Positions 45,438 through 56,338 of a stretch of 64,000 nt of DNA are shown one piece after another. The translations under genes and the position numbers were made by a program. The stretch's first letter is position 1, and the number at the start of each line of letters is the position of its first letter. This DNA is from Candidatus Omnitrophota bacterium (lineage in GTDB: Bacteria > Omnitrophota > Gorgyraeia > Gygaellales > Profunditerraquicolaceae): the NCBI GenBank assembly GCA_028716245.1, contig JAQUQW010000002.1, forward strand, positions 421,346 through 485,345. Direction: 5' to 3'. Below the pieces are notes generated by a model. It worked only from the letters and a program-made list of their open reading frames with translations, made no database searches and had not been told where the DNA came from.

Positions 45438-47516
45438 ATGCAAAGCACAGCTATTCAATATCTTAAGGGTATCGGACCAAAGCGCTCAATGAGCTTTGAG
45501 GCCAGGGGTGTCAAGACCATTGAAGACCTGTTGTATTATTTTCCGCGCCGCTACGAAGACCGCACCAATTTTGCCAGCATCTCCGTCCTTAAAGAGGGGC
45601 AGGTTTATACCATTAAAGCCCAGGTTTTAGCCGGAGGCCAGCGTAACTCTTGGCGCAGGCGCAGCTTTAGCATTACCGAGGCAGCCCTGGAGGATGGTAC
45701 CGGTAAAATTTCCTGTGTTTGGTTTAACCAGCCGTATCTTAAGGAATATCTTAAAGTCGGCGTATCCCTGATTCTTTACGGGAAAGTTGAGCGATATAAC
45801 GGTCGGCTGCAGATGAGTAATCCGGAGTTTGAGATTCTGGACAGCCAGGATGAAGACTCTTTAAATATCGGCAGGATCGTGCCGGTTTATACTTTGCCAA
45901 AAGGCTTTAGTCAGCGGAGTATGCGCTCGCTAATCAAGAATACCCTGGACGGATATTTACCCAAAATTAATGACCCGCTGACCTATGACCTGCGCACCCG
46001 CAATAACCTGTTGAATTTGGCGCAGAGCCTGTTAAATATCCATTTTCCGCAGGATTTGGATTTACAAAAACAGGCGCACCGGCGTTTAAGTTTTGAGGAG
46101 TTTTTTATTTTTCAACTGCCGCTGGTTTTAAGAAAGCTTAGCCGTAAAGAAAAAAAAGGAATCCAGCATTCGGTCGAAGGCAAGTTAGTCGATGATTTTA
46201 TTTCCAAGTTATCTTTTAAATTAACCGCAGCCCAAGAAAAGGTTTTGACGGAGATAAAAAAGGATATGGCCGCTCCTGTAGCCATGCAGCGGCTTTTGCA
46301 AGGGGATGTTGGATCAGGAAAAACCGTAGTGGCGACTTTAGCTTGTTTAGTTGCCATTCAGGGCGGATATCAGGCGGCATTTATGGCCCCGACTGAAATC
46401 CTTGCCCGGCAGCATTATGAAAAAATATCCGCTCAGCTGGTCGGGTTAGCTTTTGCCGGCCGTAAATTACGCGTAGGTTTATTGGTCGGACAGGATAAAG
46501 AAAAGGAAAATACATATCTTGATCTAGAAGAGGGCAAAATCGATCTGATTATCGGCACGCACGCCCTGCTTCAGGAAGAGTTAAGTTTTAAGAATTTGGG
46601 CTTTATTGTCATCGATGAACAGCACAAATTTGGCGTTGGGCAAAGGGCGCTTCTGCCAAAGAAAGGCAATAATCCGGATGTCTTGATTATGACCGCCACC
46701 CCGATTCCCCGCACTCTGGCAATCACTCTTTACGGAGACCTGGATATTTCGGTAATTAATGAGCTGCCCGCCGGCCGTCTTCCGATCAAGACCCTGCTTT
46801 TTAATCAAGAGAACTGTAAAAAAGCATACGCCATTGCTAAAGAAGAACTTAATTACCGGCGCCAGGCCTATATTATTTATCCGGTAATCGAGGAGTCTTA
46901 CGCTTTAGACATTGCCGGAGCTAAAAAAATGTTCACTGAGCTTAAAACAGGGGAGTTTAAGGATTTTAGGCTGGGCTTAATCCATGGCCAGTTAAAAACT
47001 AAAACGCAGGAAGCGGCAATGCTTAAATTTAAAAACCGCGAGTTGGATCTTTTGGTTTCCACTTCGATTCTGGAAGTAGGTATTGACATTCCCAATGCTA
47101 CCTGTATGATTATTGCTTTTGCTGAGCGTTTTGGCCTAAGCCAGCTGCATCAGTTACGCGGCAGGATCGGCAGGAGCAATCTGCAGTCTTTTTGTATTCT
47201 GATCTCGGATGGCCAAACCGAGGAGGCCAAGGCGCGCCTGGCAGCGATGGTGGCTTCAACTGATGGTTTCCGGATCTCAGAGGAGGATTTAAAGATTAGG
47301 GGGCCAGGTGAATTTTTCGGCAACCGCCAGCACGGTTTAGCCGAGCTAAAAATTGCCAATCCCTTAACTCAAATGCAGCTACTCAAGGCTGCCAGAGAAG
47401 AAGCCATTGCCTTGATTAAGCAAGATAGCCGGCTGGAAGACCGCGCGCATCAATTATTAAAAGAAAAACTTTTACAGAGGTTTCCGGAGTATAAAACGAT
47501 AATGTTGGTGGGTTAA
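45438..47516 (+). CDS. recG: ATP-dependent DNA helicase RecG
   Basis: Wedge domain and helicase motifs 'GDVGSGKT', 'DEQHKFGV', 'MTATPIPRT' and 'QLHQLRGRIGR'. Confidence 0.9.
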   Translation: MQSTAIQYLKGIGPKRSMSFEARGVKTIEDLLYYFPRRYEDRTNFASISVLKEGQVYTIKAQVLAGGQRNSWRRRSFSITEAALEDGTGKISCVWFNQPYLKEYLKVGVSLILYGKVERYNGRLQMSNPEFEILDSQDEDSLNIGRIVPVYTLPKGFSQRSMRSLIKNTLDGYLPKINDPLTYDLRTRNNLLNLAQSLLNIHFPQDLDLQKQAHRRLSFEEFFIFQLPLVLRKLSRKEKKGIQHSVEGKLVDDFISKLSFKLTAAQEKVLTEIKKDMAAPVAMQRLLQGDVGSGKTVVATLACLVAIQGGYQAAFMAPTEILARQHYEKISAQLVGLAFAGRKLRVGLLVGQDKEKENTYLDLEEGKIDLIIGTHALLQEELSFKNLGFIVIDEQHKFGVGQRALLPKKGNNPDVLIMTATPIPRTLAITLYGDLDISVINELPAGRLPIKTLLFNQENCKKAYAIAKEELNYRRQAYIIYPVIEESYALDIAGAKKMFTELKTGEFKDFRLGLIHGQLKTKTQEAAMLKFKNRELDLLVSTSILEVGIDIPNATCMIIAFAERFGLSQLHQLRGRIGRSNLQSFCILISDGQTEEAKARLAAMVASTDGFRISEEDLKIRGPGEFFGNRQHGLAELKIANPLTQMQLLKAAREEAIALIKQDSRLEDRAHQLLKEKLLQRFPEYKTIMLVG

Positions 47517-47517
47517 G

Positions 47518-48060
47518 ATGAGAATAACTACGGGAAAATACCGCAACCGTAAAATATATATGCCTAAGGGTATCCGGCCGACCCAGGATAAAGTGCGCAA
47601 GGCGGTTTTTGATATACTGGGGGATATCAGCGGATTAACATTTTTAGAGATTTTTGCCGGTTCAGGGGCAGTTGGGCTTGAGGCGCTCTCCCGGGGCGTC
47701 CGTGAGCTGACCATAGTTGAGAGTAACCGGGATTCCATCCTCGCCATTAAGAAGAATATTGAGCTGCTGAAAGCCCCGGACTGTAATCTCTACCATTTGG
47801 AAGCGGATAAAGCGATTAAGCTGCTGTCCTTGGATAAAAAGAGCTTCGATATCATATTTATTGACCCGCCTTACCACAAGGATATGGCAAAAAAAATCTT
47901 GCAAACCCTGGAGGCTTATGATATATTATCGCCTCATGGCCTGATAGTTATACAGCATTTTAAGGCGGAATTGTTGCCAAAAGAGAGCCTGAATTTCAGC
48001 TTAATCAAAGAAGCCAAGTATGGAGATACCTGGCTTTCAATTTTCAGGAAGAAAGAGTAA
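47518..48060 (+). CDS. rsmD: 16S rRNA (guanine966-N2)-methyltransferase RsmD
   Basis: 'RPTQDKVRKAVFDIL', 'LEIFAGSGAVGLEALSRG' and 'IFIDPPY'. Confidence 0.8.
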   Translation: MRITTGKYRNRKIYMPKGIRPTQDKVRKAVFDILGDISGLTFLEIFAGSGAVGLEALSRGVRELTIVESNRDSILAIKKNIELLKAPDCNLYHLEADKAIKLLSLDKKSFDIIFIDPPYHKDMAKKILQTLEAYDILSPHGLIVIQHFKAELLPKESLNFSLIKEAKYGDTWLSIFRKKE

Positions 48061-48061
48061 A

Positions 48062-48553
48062 ATGTGCCAGACCGCGATTTATCCAGGGACATTCGATCCG
48101 GTAACTAACGGCCATATTGATTTAATTTGCCGGGCGCATGAAATTTTCCATGATGTCATTGTGGCGGTGGCGCATAATCCACACAAGAAGCCGATTTTTA
48201 GCGTTGCCGAAAGAGTTTCGATGCTTAAAAAAGCTACTGAAGGCATGGACGGAGTAACGGTTACGCATTTTGACGGTTTGGTGGTGGATTTCGCGCATAA
48301 AATGAAGGCAAAAGTGCTGGTGCGCGGGGTACGCATGCTTTCCGATTTTGAATACGAGTTTCAGATGGCTTTGACTAACCGCAAACTTTCCAGCGATATT
48401 GAAACAATTTTTCTTATGCCGCATGAATCCTACAGTTATTTATCGGCTAAACTGATTAAAGAAGCGGCTATTTTAGGGGCGGATCTGTCAAGTTTTGTCC
48501 CGGATTTTGTCGGTTCGGCTTTGCGGAAAAAATACGCGCTACGCAAAAAATAG
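48062..48553 (+). CDS. coaD: Phosphopantetheine adenylyltransferase
   Basis: 'AIYPGTFDPVTNGHIDL' and 'HNPHKKP'. The start is at M48062. The track ORF extends upstream into rsmD. Confidence 0.9.
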   Translation: MCQTAIYPGTFDPVTNGHIDLICRAHEIFHDVIVAVAHNPHKKPIFSVAERVSMLKKATEGMDGVTVTHFDGLVVDFAHKMKAKVLVRGVRMLSDFEYEFQMALTNRKLSSDIETIFLMPHESYSYLSAKLIKEAAILGADLSSFVPDFVGSALRKKYALRKK

Positions 48554-48966
48554 TGAAAATAATTGTTAATCAGGTTCCCGCAGAGGGCCTGTATTTAGAA
48601 GAAGAGATTAATCCGGCGGAACTGGACCTGGAAACAGATTTAATCAAGCCCCGTTCTGATTTGAAAATAAAGGCGCAGGTTTACCGGATTACCAATGCCT
48701 TGACCGTAGAGTTAAATATCCGGGCGTTTCTTTACGCGGATTGTTCTCGCTGCCTTGAAGAATTTGGATGGGAATTTAATAAAGATGTGCAGTTGAGTTT
48801 CCCTTTAGACACTGATACCACTTTTATTGATTTAAATCCCAGTATAAGAGAAGAGGTAATTTTAGATTACCCCATAAAGCCTTTATGTAAAATAACTTGC
48901 AAAGGACTTTGTGTAAAATGCGGTAAAAACAAAAACGAAGGAGGATGCAACTGTGCCATTACCTAA
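48553..48966 (+). CDS. yceD: YceD/DUF177 family protein (23S rRNA accumulation protein)
   Basis: Conserved position directly upstream of rpmF. C-terminal CxxC...CxxC. Confidence 0.7.
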   Translation: MKIIVNQVPAEGLYLEEEINPAELDLETDLIKPRSDLKIKAQVYRITNALTVELNIRAFLYADCSRCLEEFGWEFNKDVQLSFPLDTDTTFIDLNPSIREEVILDYPIKPLCKITCKGLCVKCGKNKNEGGCNCAIT

Positions 48967-49156
48967 ACGAAAGCATTCAGCAGCGCGCGGCCGCAAACGC
49001 CGTACGCATTGGAAGGTCAAATCAACCAGTTTAATTTCCTGTCCGCAATGCAAACAGCTTAAGCTGGCGCACCGGGCTTGTCTGGCCTGCGGCTATTATG
49101 ACGGCCGCCAAGTGATGGAAATTAAGGTCAAAGAGAAGAAGAAAAAGTCCCGTTAA
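48953..49156 (+). CDS. rpmF: 50S ribosomal protein L32
   Basis: 'PKRKHSAARGRKRRTHWK' and 'CPQCKQLKLAHRACLACGYY'. Confidence 0.85.
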   Translation: MPLPKRKHSAARGRKRRTHWKVKSTSLISCPQCKQLKLAHRACLACGYYDGRQVMEIKVKEKKKKSR

Positions 49157-49232
49157 TTATTAAGATGAGCACCTTAAAGTTTTTATCCAGCGAAATCCCC
49201 CGAAGCTTGGCGAAGGGAGAGGAAAGCCTCTG

Positions 49233-50216
49233 ATGAAAATAGTCGTTGATGCTATGGGCGGAGATTTTGCCCCCGGCGTAGTTATTGATGGCAGTTTGGC
49301 CGCGGTGAAAGAGTATGATGTGGAGGTCATTTTGGTTGGAGACCAGCCAAAAATTGAGGCTCTTTTGAAGAAAGCTAGATATACCGGCAACAGGATTAGC
49401 GTGCAGCATGCCACGGAAGTAATTGAGATGAGCGAGTCCGCGGCAACCAGCGTGCGGCGTAAGCGGAATTCCTCGATTGTCCTGGGCTTAAATTTGGTCA
49501 AAGAAGGCAAGGCGGATGCTTTCTTTAGCGCGGGCAATACCGGAGCGGTTGTCTGCGCCGCTACTTTAGAATTAAGGTTATTGCCGGGAATCGAGCGGCC
49601 GGGGATCGGCATTGTTACACCCACTTTAAAAGGGGTGTCTTTGATCATTGATGTCGGCGCCAATATCGATCCTAAGCCCACGCAATTATTGCAATATGGG
49701 ATTATGGCCGATGCTTATTGCAAAAATATTTTAAATAAACCTAATCCTAGCGTGGCGTTGTTGAATATCGGAGAAGAAGAGAAAAAGGGCACGGAGTTTA
49801 TCCGCGAGGCTTATGGGCTCTTGGAAACGAGCAAATTAAATTTTATCGGCAATGTCGAGGGTAAAGACCTTTTTAAAGGTAAATGCGATATTATCGTCTG
49901 CGATGGTTTTGTGGGCAATGTGGCTTTGAAGGTTTCCGAAAGCGCCGCCGAAGCTATGCAGACATTTTTAAAGCGTCATCTGCTCAGTAATATTTGGGGC
50001 AAGATCGGGTTGATTTTTATGATGCCCAGCCTCAAGCGTTTTAAGAAAGAGCTGGATTACGCCGAATACGGCGGAGCGTTATTGCTGGGGGTAAATGGCG
50101 TAGTGATTATCGGCCATGGCCGTTCGAATATGAGGGCGATTAAGAACGCGATCCGGGTCGCCAAGGAAGAGGTTGAACGCCAGGTTAATACTAAGATTAT
50201 GGAAGCGCTAAAATAG
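49233..50216 (+). CDS. plsX: Phosphate acyltransferase PlsX
   Basis: 'KIVVDAMGGD', 'LVGD' and 'CDGFVGNV'. Confidence 0.9.
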   Translation: MKIVVDAMGGDFAPGVVIDGSLAAVKEYDVEVILVGDQPKIEALLKKARYTGNRISVQHATEVIEMSESAATSVRRKRNSSIVLGLNLVKEGKADAFFSAGNTGAVVCAATLELRLLPGIERPGIGIVTPTLKGVSLIIDVGANIDPKPTQLLQYGIMADAYCKNILNKPNPSVALLNIGEEEKKGTEFIREAYGLLETSKLNFIGNVEGKDLFKGKCDIIVCDGFVGNVALKVSESAAEAMQTFLKRHLLSNIWGKIGLIFMMPSLKRFKKELDYAEYGGALLLGVNGVVIIGHGRSNMRAIKNAIRVAKEEVERQVNTKIMEALK

Positions 50217-50228
50217 GAAGGTAAAGAT

Positions 50229-51206
50229 TTGAAAAAAGTAGGGATTATCGGGGTAGGCGAATACCTGCCGGAAAGAATTCTCACCAACGCCGACCTTGAA
50301 AAAATGGTCGATACATCCGATGAGTGGATTACCACGCGCACCGGAATAAAAGAAAGGCATCTGGTTGCCGAAGGCCAGGCTACTTCGGATTTAGCTTTTA
50401 ACGCGGCTCACCGGGCGTTGGAAAATGCCAAACTCAAGGCCGAAGATTTAGATTTGATCGTCGTGGCCACAATTACCGGCGATATGCCTTTTCCTTCGGT
50501 GGCCGCGCTTGTTCAGGAAAAGCTTGGTGCAAAAAACGCGGCCTGCTTTGATATCTCCGCTGCCTGCGCCGGTTTCTTATATGGGATTTCCGTAGCTGAA
50601 AAATTCATTGCTTGTTCCGTTTATAAAAACGCGTTAGTAATTGGCGCCGAAGCCTTATCTACGATTACCGACTGGCAGGACCGTAATACCTGCGTATTGT
50701 TCGGCGATGGGGCAGGGGCGGCAGTATTATCGGAAGTAAAAAAAGGCGGGATTATTTCGACATATTTAGGCTGCGACGGATCAAAGGCCGGCATATTGAA
50801 TCTGCCTGCCGGCGGCTCGCGCAATCCGGCAACTAGCGAAACCGTAAGGAACCGCCAGCATTTCCTGAAGATGCAGGGAAATGAATTATTCAAGATCGCG
50901 GTTAACACGATGACCCGGGCCGCCGAGATTGTTTTAAAACAAGCGGGGATGACTTTCGCGGATGTGGATTTAATCATTCCGCACCAGGCCAACGCGCGCA
51001 TCATTATGGCGGTAGCCAAAAAATTGGGTATTCCTGAAGACAGGGTCTATCTTAATATCGAAAGATGCGGTAATATGTCCAGCGCTTCCACAGTTACCGC
51101 GCTTTGTGAAGCAGTGCAGGAAGGAAAAGTTAAGAAGGGTGATATCATCCTCTTAGACGCGTTCGGAGCGGGTTTGGTTTGGGGCGCCTGCATTATTGAA
51201 TGGTAG
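50229..51206 (+). CDS. fabH: 3-oxoacyl-ACP synthase III
   Basis: TTG start. Active-site C in 'ACAGF', and H/N in 'IPHQAN'. Confidence 0.9.
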   Translation: MKKVGIIGVGEYLPERILTNADLEKMVDTSDEWITTRTGIKERHLVAEGQATSDLAFNAAHRALENAKLKAEDLDLIVVATITGDMPFPSVAALVQEKLGAKNAACFDISAACAGFLYGISVAEKFIACSVYKNALVIGAEALSTITDWQDRNTCVLFGDGAGAAVLSEVKKGGIISTYLGCDGSKAGILNLPAGGSRNPATSETVRNRQHFLKMQGNELFKIAVNTMTRAAEIVLKQAGMTFADVDLIIPHQANARIIMAVAKKLGIPEDRVYLNIERCGNMSSASTVTALCEAVQEGKVKKGDIILLDAFGAGLVWGACIIEW

Positions 51207-52105
51207 GCTATCTTTTTGCCGGCCAGGGCAGCCAATACGCGGGGATGGGAAAAGATTTATACGAAGCATTTCCCGAAAGCAAAGCGATTTTTGAGCGGGC
51301 AGATAAGGCGTTAGGATTTTCTATATCCAAGGTTTGTTTTGCCGGCCAGCCGGAGACTTTAAAGCAGACTATTTTTTCTCAACCAGCCATACTTACGGTA
51401 AGTATGGCCGCGTATGAAGCGTTTAAAGCCAGAGTAAAAACAAAACCATCTTTTATGGCCGGTTTAAGCTTAGGTGAATATTCCGCTTTAATTGCCGGGG
51501 GAGTTTTTACTTTTGAGGATGGATTAAAGTTAGTGCGTAGAAGAGCGGAGATAATGGAAGAAGCTACGTTCAAACATCCCGGTAAAATGGCAGCGGTTTT
51601 GGAATTGCCTTTTGATAAAGTGAAAGATATTTGTTTAAAAAGCGGAGCTGAGGTTGCCAATATTAATGCTCCCGGGCAGATTGTTATTTCCGGAAAAAAA
51701 GACGCGGTGGATAAGGCCAAAGATTTATGTGTTGAGGCCGGGGCAAAAAGAGTAATTGAATTAGAGGTCAGTGGAGGCTTCCACTCTTCGTTGATGTTTG
51801 AAGCTTCAGGAGAATTAAAAAAAAGATTAGATTTAACGCCCATATCCCCGCCCACCATACCCGTAATTAGTAATTATACCGCTTCTGCGCAGTACCAGGT
51901 TACGCAGATAAAAGAAAATTTAGTTTACCAGATCTATAAATCCGTAAGATGGGAAGAATCAATGAAGTATATCTTATCGCAAGGGATAACTAATTTCATT
52001 GAGTTTGGGCCGGGTAAGGTATTAAAAGGATTAATGCGCCGTATTGATAGCAATGCGCAAGTTGTGAATATAGAGAAGAAAGAAGATATTCTAGCGTTGC
52101 AGTAA
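51200..52105 (+). CDS. fabD: Malonyl-CoA:ACP transacylase
   Basis: 'FAGQGSQYAGMG' and the active-site 'GLSLGEYSAL'. Confidence 0.9.
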   Translation: MVGYLFAGQGSQYAGMGKDLYEAFPESKAIFERADKALGFSISKVCFAGQPETLKQTIFSQPAILTVSMAAYEAFKARVKTKPSFMAGLSLGEYSALIAGGVFTFEDGLKLVRRRAEIMEEATFKHPGKMAAVLELPFDKVKDICLKSGAEVANINAPGQIVISGKKDAVDKAKDLCVEAGAKRVIELEVSGGFHSSLMFEASGELKKRLDLTPISPPTIPVISNYTASAQYQVTQIKENLVYQIYKSVRWEESMKYILSQGITNFIEFGPGKVLKGLMRRIDSNAQVVNIEKKEDILALQ

Positions 52106-52233
52106 GTAGGGGTATTTATGAGTGCGCGGGTGACTGCCAAGACGAAGCCCTTGCCGCGCGCAACGAAAGTGAGCACGGCGAGGTGGATTGGCAGGCAGGA
52201 CCCCGTCATAGAGAAATCATCATGGGAGGTCTT

Positions 52234-52977
52234 ATGCGTCTAAAAGATAAGGTAGCTTTAGTAACTGGTGGAGCCAGGGGCATTGGCCGGGCGATTGCCC
52301 TGGCTTTTGCCAAAGAAGGCGCCGGTATTGTGGTAGCGGATGTTAACCTGGAAGTAGCCCAGAAAACCGCCCTGGAAATCGAAGGTTTAGGCGTTAAAGC
52401 GCTGGCTTTGGAGATGGATGTAACCAACTATGATAAGGTCGAAGAAGGCATAAACAAAATTCTTGACAAAATGGGAAAGGTTGATATATTAGTTAACAAC
52501 GCCGGAATTACTAAGGATAATCTTTTGCTTAGAATGTCCCCGGCGGATTGGGATGCGGTAATCAATGTTAATTTAAAAGGCACATTTAACTGTATTAAAG
52601 CCGTATCCCGGCCGATGATTAAACAAAGAAGCGGCCGGATTATCAGCATTGCTTCGATTATCGGTTTGATGGGTAACCCGGGTCAGGCAAATTATGCCGC
52701 TTCCAAAGCCGGGATCATCGCTCTTACCAAGACAGTAGCTAAGGAGTTAGCCAGCCGTAATATTAACGCTAACGCGGTAGCTCCGGGGTTTATTCAGACG
52801 GAGATGACGGCTAAGCTTCCTGAGGATTTAAAAAAGAAAATGCTGGAGGCAATTCCTTTAGCGAAATTAGGCACACCGGAAGATGTAGCAAATGTCTGCT
52901 TATTTTTGGCTTCTGATGAGTCAAGTTATATAACCGGGCAGACAATTACCATTGATGGCGGGATGGTCATGGCGTAA
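52234..52977 (+). CDS. fabG: 3-oxoacyl-ACP reductase
   Basis: '[15 protein letters not shown]', 'NNAG' and 'YAASKAG'. The start M52234 follows RBS 'gggagg'. Confidence 0.9.
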   Translation: MRLKDKVALVTGGARGIGRAIALAFAKEGAGIVVADVNLEVAQKTALEIEGLGVKALALEMDVTNYDKVEEGINKILDKMGKVDILVNNAGITKDNLLLRMSPADWDAVINVNLKGTFNCIKAVSRPMIKQRSGRIISIASIIGLMGNPGQANYAASKAGIIALTKTVAKELASRNINANAVAPGFIQTEMTAKLPEDLKKKMLEAIPLAKLGTPEDVANVCLFLASDESSYITGQTITIDGGMVMA

Positions 52978-53015
52978 AGCATATGACGTGTCTCTCTACA
53001 CAAGGAGGAAAAAGA

Positions 53016-53252
53016 ATGGCATCACAAGAGAAAGTAAAATCAATCATAGCGGAACAGTTAGGCGTAAAACCGGAGGAAGTAACTCCTGAAGCATCATTTG
53101 TTGATGATTTGGGCGCGGATTCCCTGGATACCGTGGAGTTAGTTATGGCTTTAGAAGAGGAATTTGGTATTGAGATTCCTGATGAGGACGCGGAAAAGAT
53201 CACCACTGTTGGCGATGCCATCAAGTATATTGATGAGAAAAGCGCCAAATAA
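53016..53252 (+). CDS. acpP: Acyl carrier protein
   Basis: '[21 protein letters not shown]'. The start at 53016 follows 'aaggagg'. The hairpin 'taccccgc...gcggggta' at 53281-53308 may attenuate read-through into fabF. Confidence 0.9.
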   Translation: MASQEKVKSIIAEQLGVKPEEVTPEASFVDDLGADSLDTVELVMALEEEFGIEIPDEDAEKITTVGDAIKYIDEKSAK

Positions 53253-53323
53253 TATATCCAATTAACAGCAAATAAATAATTTACCCCGCATTTTTTAATC
53301 CAGCGGGGTAAATTTATATTAGT

Positions 53324-54571
53324 ATGCATACAAAAAAAAGAGTGGTAATAACAGGTTTAGGGGTAATTAGCCCCGTAGGTAATGACATTTCCAGCTTTTG
53401 GGGATCTTTGAAAGCCGGCAAAAGCGGAATAGGGCCGATTACCAGCTTTGATGCCAAGGATTTTGATTCCCGGATTGCGGCGGAAGTAAAGAATTTTGAC
53501 CCCACCCAGTATGGAATTTCCCTTAAAGATATTAAAAGGACGGCAAGATTCGTGCAATTTGCCGTAGCCTCGGCCAAGCAGGCGGTTGAGTCTTCGGGCC
53601 TTGAATTAGATAAAGAAGACAGGAATCGTATCGGCGTAATTATTGGTTCCGGCATCGGCAGTTTGCATACAATTGAGGAAGAGCATAAAGTTTTTCTTAG
53701 TAAGGGCCCCTCCAGATTATCCCCATTCCTTATCCCGATGCTTATCGTTAACGAAGCAAGCGGTCTGGTGGCGATTATCCACGGATTAAAGGGGCCAAAT
53801 TCCTGCGTGGCTACTGCTTGCGCTTCAGGTTCTCATGCCATAGGAGAAGCCTACCGCACTATTCTTTATGGTGATGCCGACGCAATGATTACCGGAGGCA
53901 CGGAGAGTTGTATTGTGCCTACCGCGTTAGGCGGTTTTTGCGCTTTAAAAGCCCTTTCGACCAGGAATAATGAACCGGAGAAAGCCAGCCGTCCTTTTGA
54001 ACGGGATCGTGATGGTTTTGTTATGGCCGAAGGAAGCGGTTTAGTAGTCTTAGAAAGTTTAGAGCACGCTCAAAAGAGAAATGCCAATATAATCGCCGAG
54101 ATTGTCGGTTTTGGCATGACTTGCGATGCTTATCATATAACCGCTCCTGATCCCGGCGGAGAGGGTGCTGCTTCAGCGATGATTGTCGCGCTCAAAGACG
54201 CGCAGATGAATCCCAGCCAGATAGATTATATTAACGCGCACGGCACTTCCACTAAGCTCAACGATAAAATTGAAACTCTATCCATGAAAAAAGCATTTGG
54301 CCAGCACAGCAAGAAGGTAATGGTCTCTTCGACTAAGTCGATGACCGGCCATCTTTTGGGCGCCGCCGGTGGAGTAGAGTTTGTGGCTTGTTGCCTGGCA
54401 ATCAAAGACGGAGTTGTTCCCCCTACCATCAATTATGAGCATCCTGATCCGGAATGCGACTTGGATTACGTGCCCAATACCGCGCGTAAAGTAAAAGTAA
54501 CAGCCTGCATGTCCAATTCTTTAGGGTTTGGCGGACATAACGCCTCTCTGATTGTCAAAAAGTTTAAATAA
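53324..54571 (+). CDS. fabF: 3-oxoacyl-ACP synthase II
   Basis: Active-site 'ACASG', 'NAHGTST' and 'GHLLGAAG'. Confidence 0.9.
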   Translation: MHTKKRVVITGLGVISPVGNDISSFWGSLKAGKSGIGPITSFDAKDFDSRIAAEVKNFDPTQYGISLKDIKRTARFVQFAVASAKQAVESSGLELDKEDRNRIGVIIGSGIGSLHTIEEEHKVFLSKGPSRLSPFLIPMLIVNEASGLVAIIHGLKGPNSCVATACASGSHAIGEAYRTILYGDADAMITGGTESCIVPTALGGFCALKALSTRNNEPEKASRPFERDRDGFVMAEGSGLVVLESLEHAQKRNANIIAEIVGFGMTCDAYHITAPDPGGEGAASAMIVALKDAQMNPSQIDYINAHGTSTKLNDKIETLSMKKAFGQHSKKVMVSSTKSMTGHLLGAAGGVEFVACCLAIKDGVVPPTINYEHPDPECDLDYVPNTARKVKVTACMSNSLGFGGHNASLIVKKFK

Positions 54572-54587
54572 GCACCTATTTAAAAAA

Positions 54588-55847
54588 ATGGGCTATACGA
54601 TTGCGGAAAAAATATTATTGAAGCATTGCGCTCAAAAGTCGATTGCGCCGGGAGAGTTTATCGAAGCCAGCGTTGATGTTGCTTTGGCCAACGATATTAC
54701 CGCTCCTCTTGCCATCGCTGAATTTAAAAAATCCGGTTTTAAGCAGGTATTTAATAAAAATAAAGTTGTTTTAGTTCCGGACCATTTTGCCCCGGCCAAA
54801 GATTTAAAAAGCGCCAATCAATGCAAAATTTTAGCTAATTTTGCTAAAGAGCAGGGGATTAAGAATTATTTTGAAATCGGGAATATGGGGATTGAGCATG
54901 CCCTTTTGCCGGAAAAAGGAATTGTCTTACCCGGAGATCTGGTAGTCGGTGCGGACTCGCATACCTGCACTTACGGGGCTTTGGGCGCCTATGCCACCGG
55001 GATGGGTTCAACGGATTTAGCCCGGGCCTATATCGACGGCAAATGCTGGCTAAAGGTTCCGGCAACGCATAAGTTTATATATAAAGGTAAGTTGAATAAG
55101 TGGGTGGGCGGCAAAGATTTGATTCTTTATACCATCGGCCAGATCGGTGTTGATGGGGCTTTGTATAAGGTAATGGAATTTTGCGGCCCGGTGATTGAAA
55201 AATTGGGGATGGATGACCGTTTTTCAATGTCTAATATGGCGATTGAAGCCGGGGCAAGGGCGGGAATAATCGCCCCGGACGCGGCTACTAAAAAATTCGT
55301 AGCCGGCTTTAAACGCAAATCTAAATTTTACCATTCAGATCCTGACGCGGTCTATGAAAAAACATATGAATGGGATGTTACTAAATTAGAACCAATGGTT
55401 GCCTGCCCGCATTTACCGAGCAATGTTAAGCCGGCAGGCGAACTAAAAAATGTTAAAGTTGACCAGGTAGTTATTGGTTCATGCACTAACGGCCGGATTT
55501 CGGATTTACGGATCGCGGCATCTTTAATTAAAGGTAAAAAAGCAGCCAAGGGAGTGAAATTAATCGTTTTTCCGGCAACGCAAAAAATTTACCTGCAAGC
55601 GGTAAAAGAAGGGCTGGCTGAGATCTTTGTTAAGGCCGGGGGAGTTTTTTCAACCCCGACTTGCGGCCCATGCCTGGGCGGACATATGGGTATTTTAACC
55701 GACGGCGAGGTAGCCATTGCTACCACCAACCGGAACTTTTTAGGCAGGATGGGCAGCCCTAAATCTTTTGTGTATCTGTCTAATCCGGCAGTGGCCGCGG
55801 CATCGGCAGTAACCGGTAAAATTACGCATCCGGGAGCGTTAAAATGA
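54588..55847 (+). CDS. leuC: 3-isopropylmalate dehydratase large subunit (short, archaeal-type LeuC/HacA-like)
   Basis: Aconitase-family motifs 'VGADSHT' and 'GSCTNGR'. About 420 aa. Confidence 0.8.
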   Translation: MGYTIAEKILLKHCAQKSIAPGEFIEASVDVALANDITAPLAIAEFKKSGFKQVFNKNKVVLVPDHFAPAKDLKSANQCKILANFAKEQGIKNYFEIGNMGIEHALLPEKGIVLPGDLVVGADSHTCTYGALGAYATGMGSTDLARAYIDGKCWLKVPATHKFIYKGKLNKWVGGKDLILYTIGQIGVDGALYKVMEFCGPVIEKLGMDDRFSMSNMAIEAGARAGIIAPDAATKKFVAGFKRKSKFYHSDPDAVYEKTYEWDVTKLEPMVACPHLPSNVKPAGELKNVKVDQVVIGSCTNGRISDLRIAASLIKGKKAAKGVKLIVFPATQKIYLQAVKEGLAEIFVKAGGVFSTPTCGPCLGGHMGILTDGEVAIATTNRNFLGRMGSPKSFVYLSNPAVAAASAVTGKITHPGALK

Positions 55848-56338
55848 TTATTAAAGGCAAAGTCCATAAATTTAACGATGATATAAATACCGATGATATC
55901 ATCGCGGCCAAATATCTGGTTTCTACTGACGCGCAAGAATTAGGCAGGCACTGTATGGAAACCATCAGCCCGGATTTTTCGCAAAAGGTCAGCCCCGGGG
56001 ATATAATCGTTGCCGGGGATAATTTTGGCTGTGGTTCAAGCCGGGAGCACGCGCCTTTGGCGATTAAAGGGTGCGGGATCGCCGCGGTGATTGCTAAAAG
56101 TTTCGCGGCCATATTTTTTCGAAACGCCATAAACATCGGTTTGCCTTTCTTAGAATCAGCGGATGTGGATAAAATTAATAACGGAGATATTATTGAAATC
56201 GACCTGGATTCCGGCGTAATTAAAAATATAACACAGGATAAAAATTATAAAACGCAGGCCTTTCCGAAGTTCTTACAGCAGATTGTTGAGAGCGGCGGCC
56301 TGATTAATTATATTAAAAAGAAGGTGTCCAATGTATAA
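55844..56338 (+). CDS. leuD: 3-isopropylmalate dehydratase small subunit
   Basis: 'GDNFGCGSSREHA'. Overlaps the leuC stop. Confidence 0.8.
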   Translation: MIIKGKVHKFNDDINTDDIIAAKYLVSTDAQELGRHCMETISPDFSQKVSPGDIIVAGDNFGCGSSREHAPLAIKGCGIAAVIAKSFAAIFFRNAINIGLPFLESADVDKINNGDIIEIDLDSGVIKNITQDKNYKTQAFPKFLQQIVESGGLINYIKKKVSNV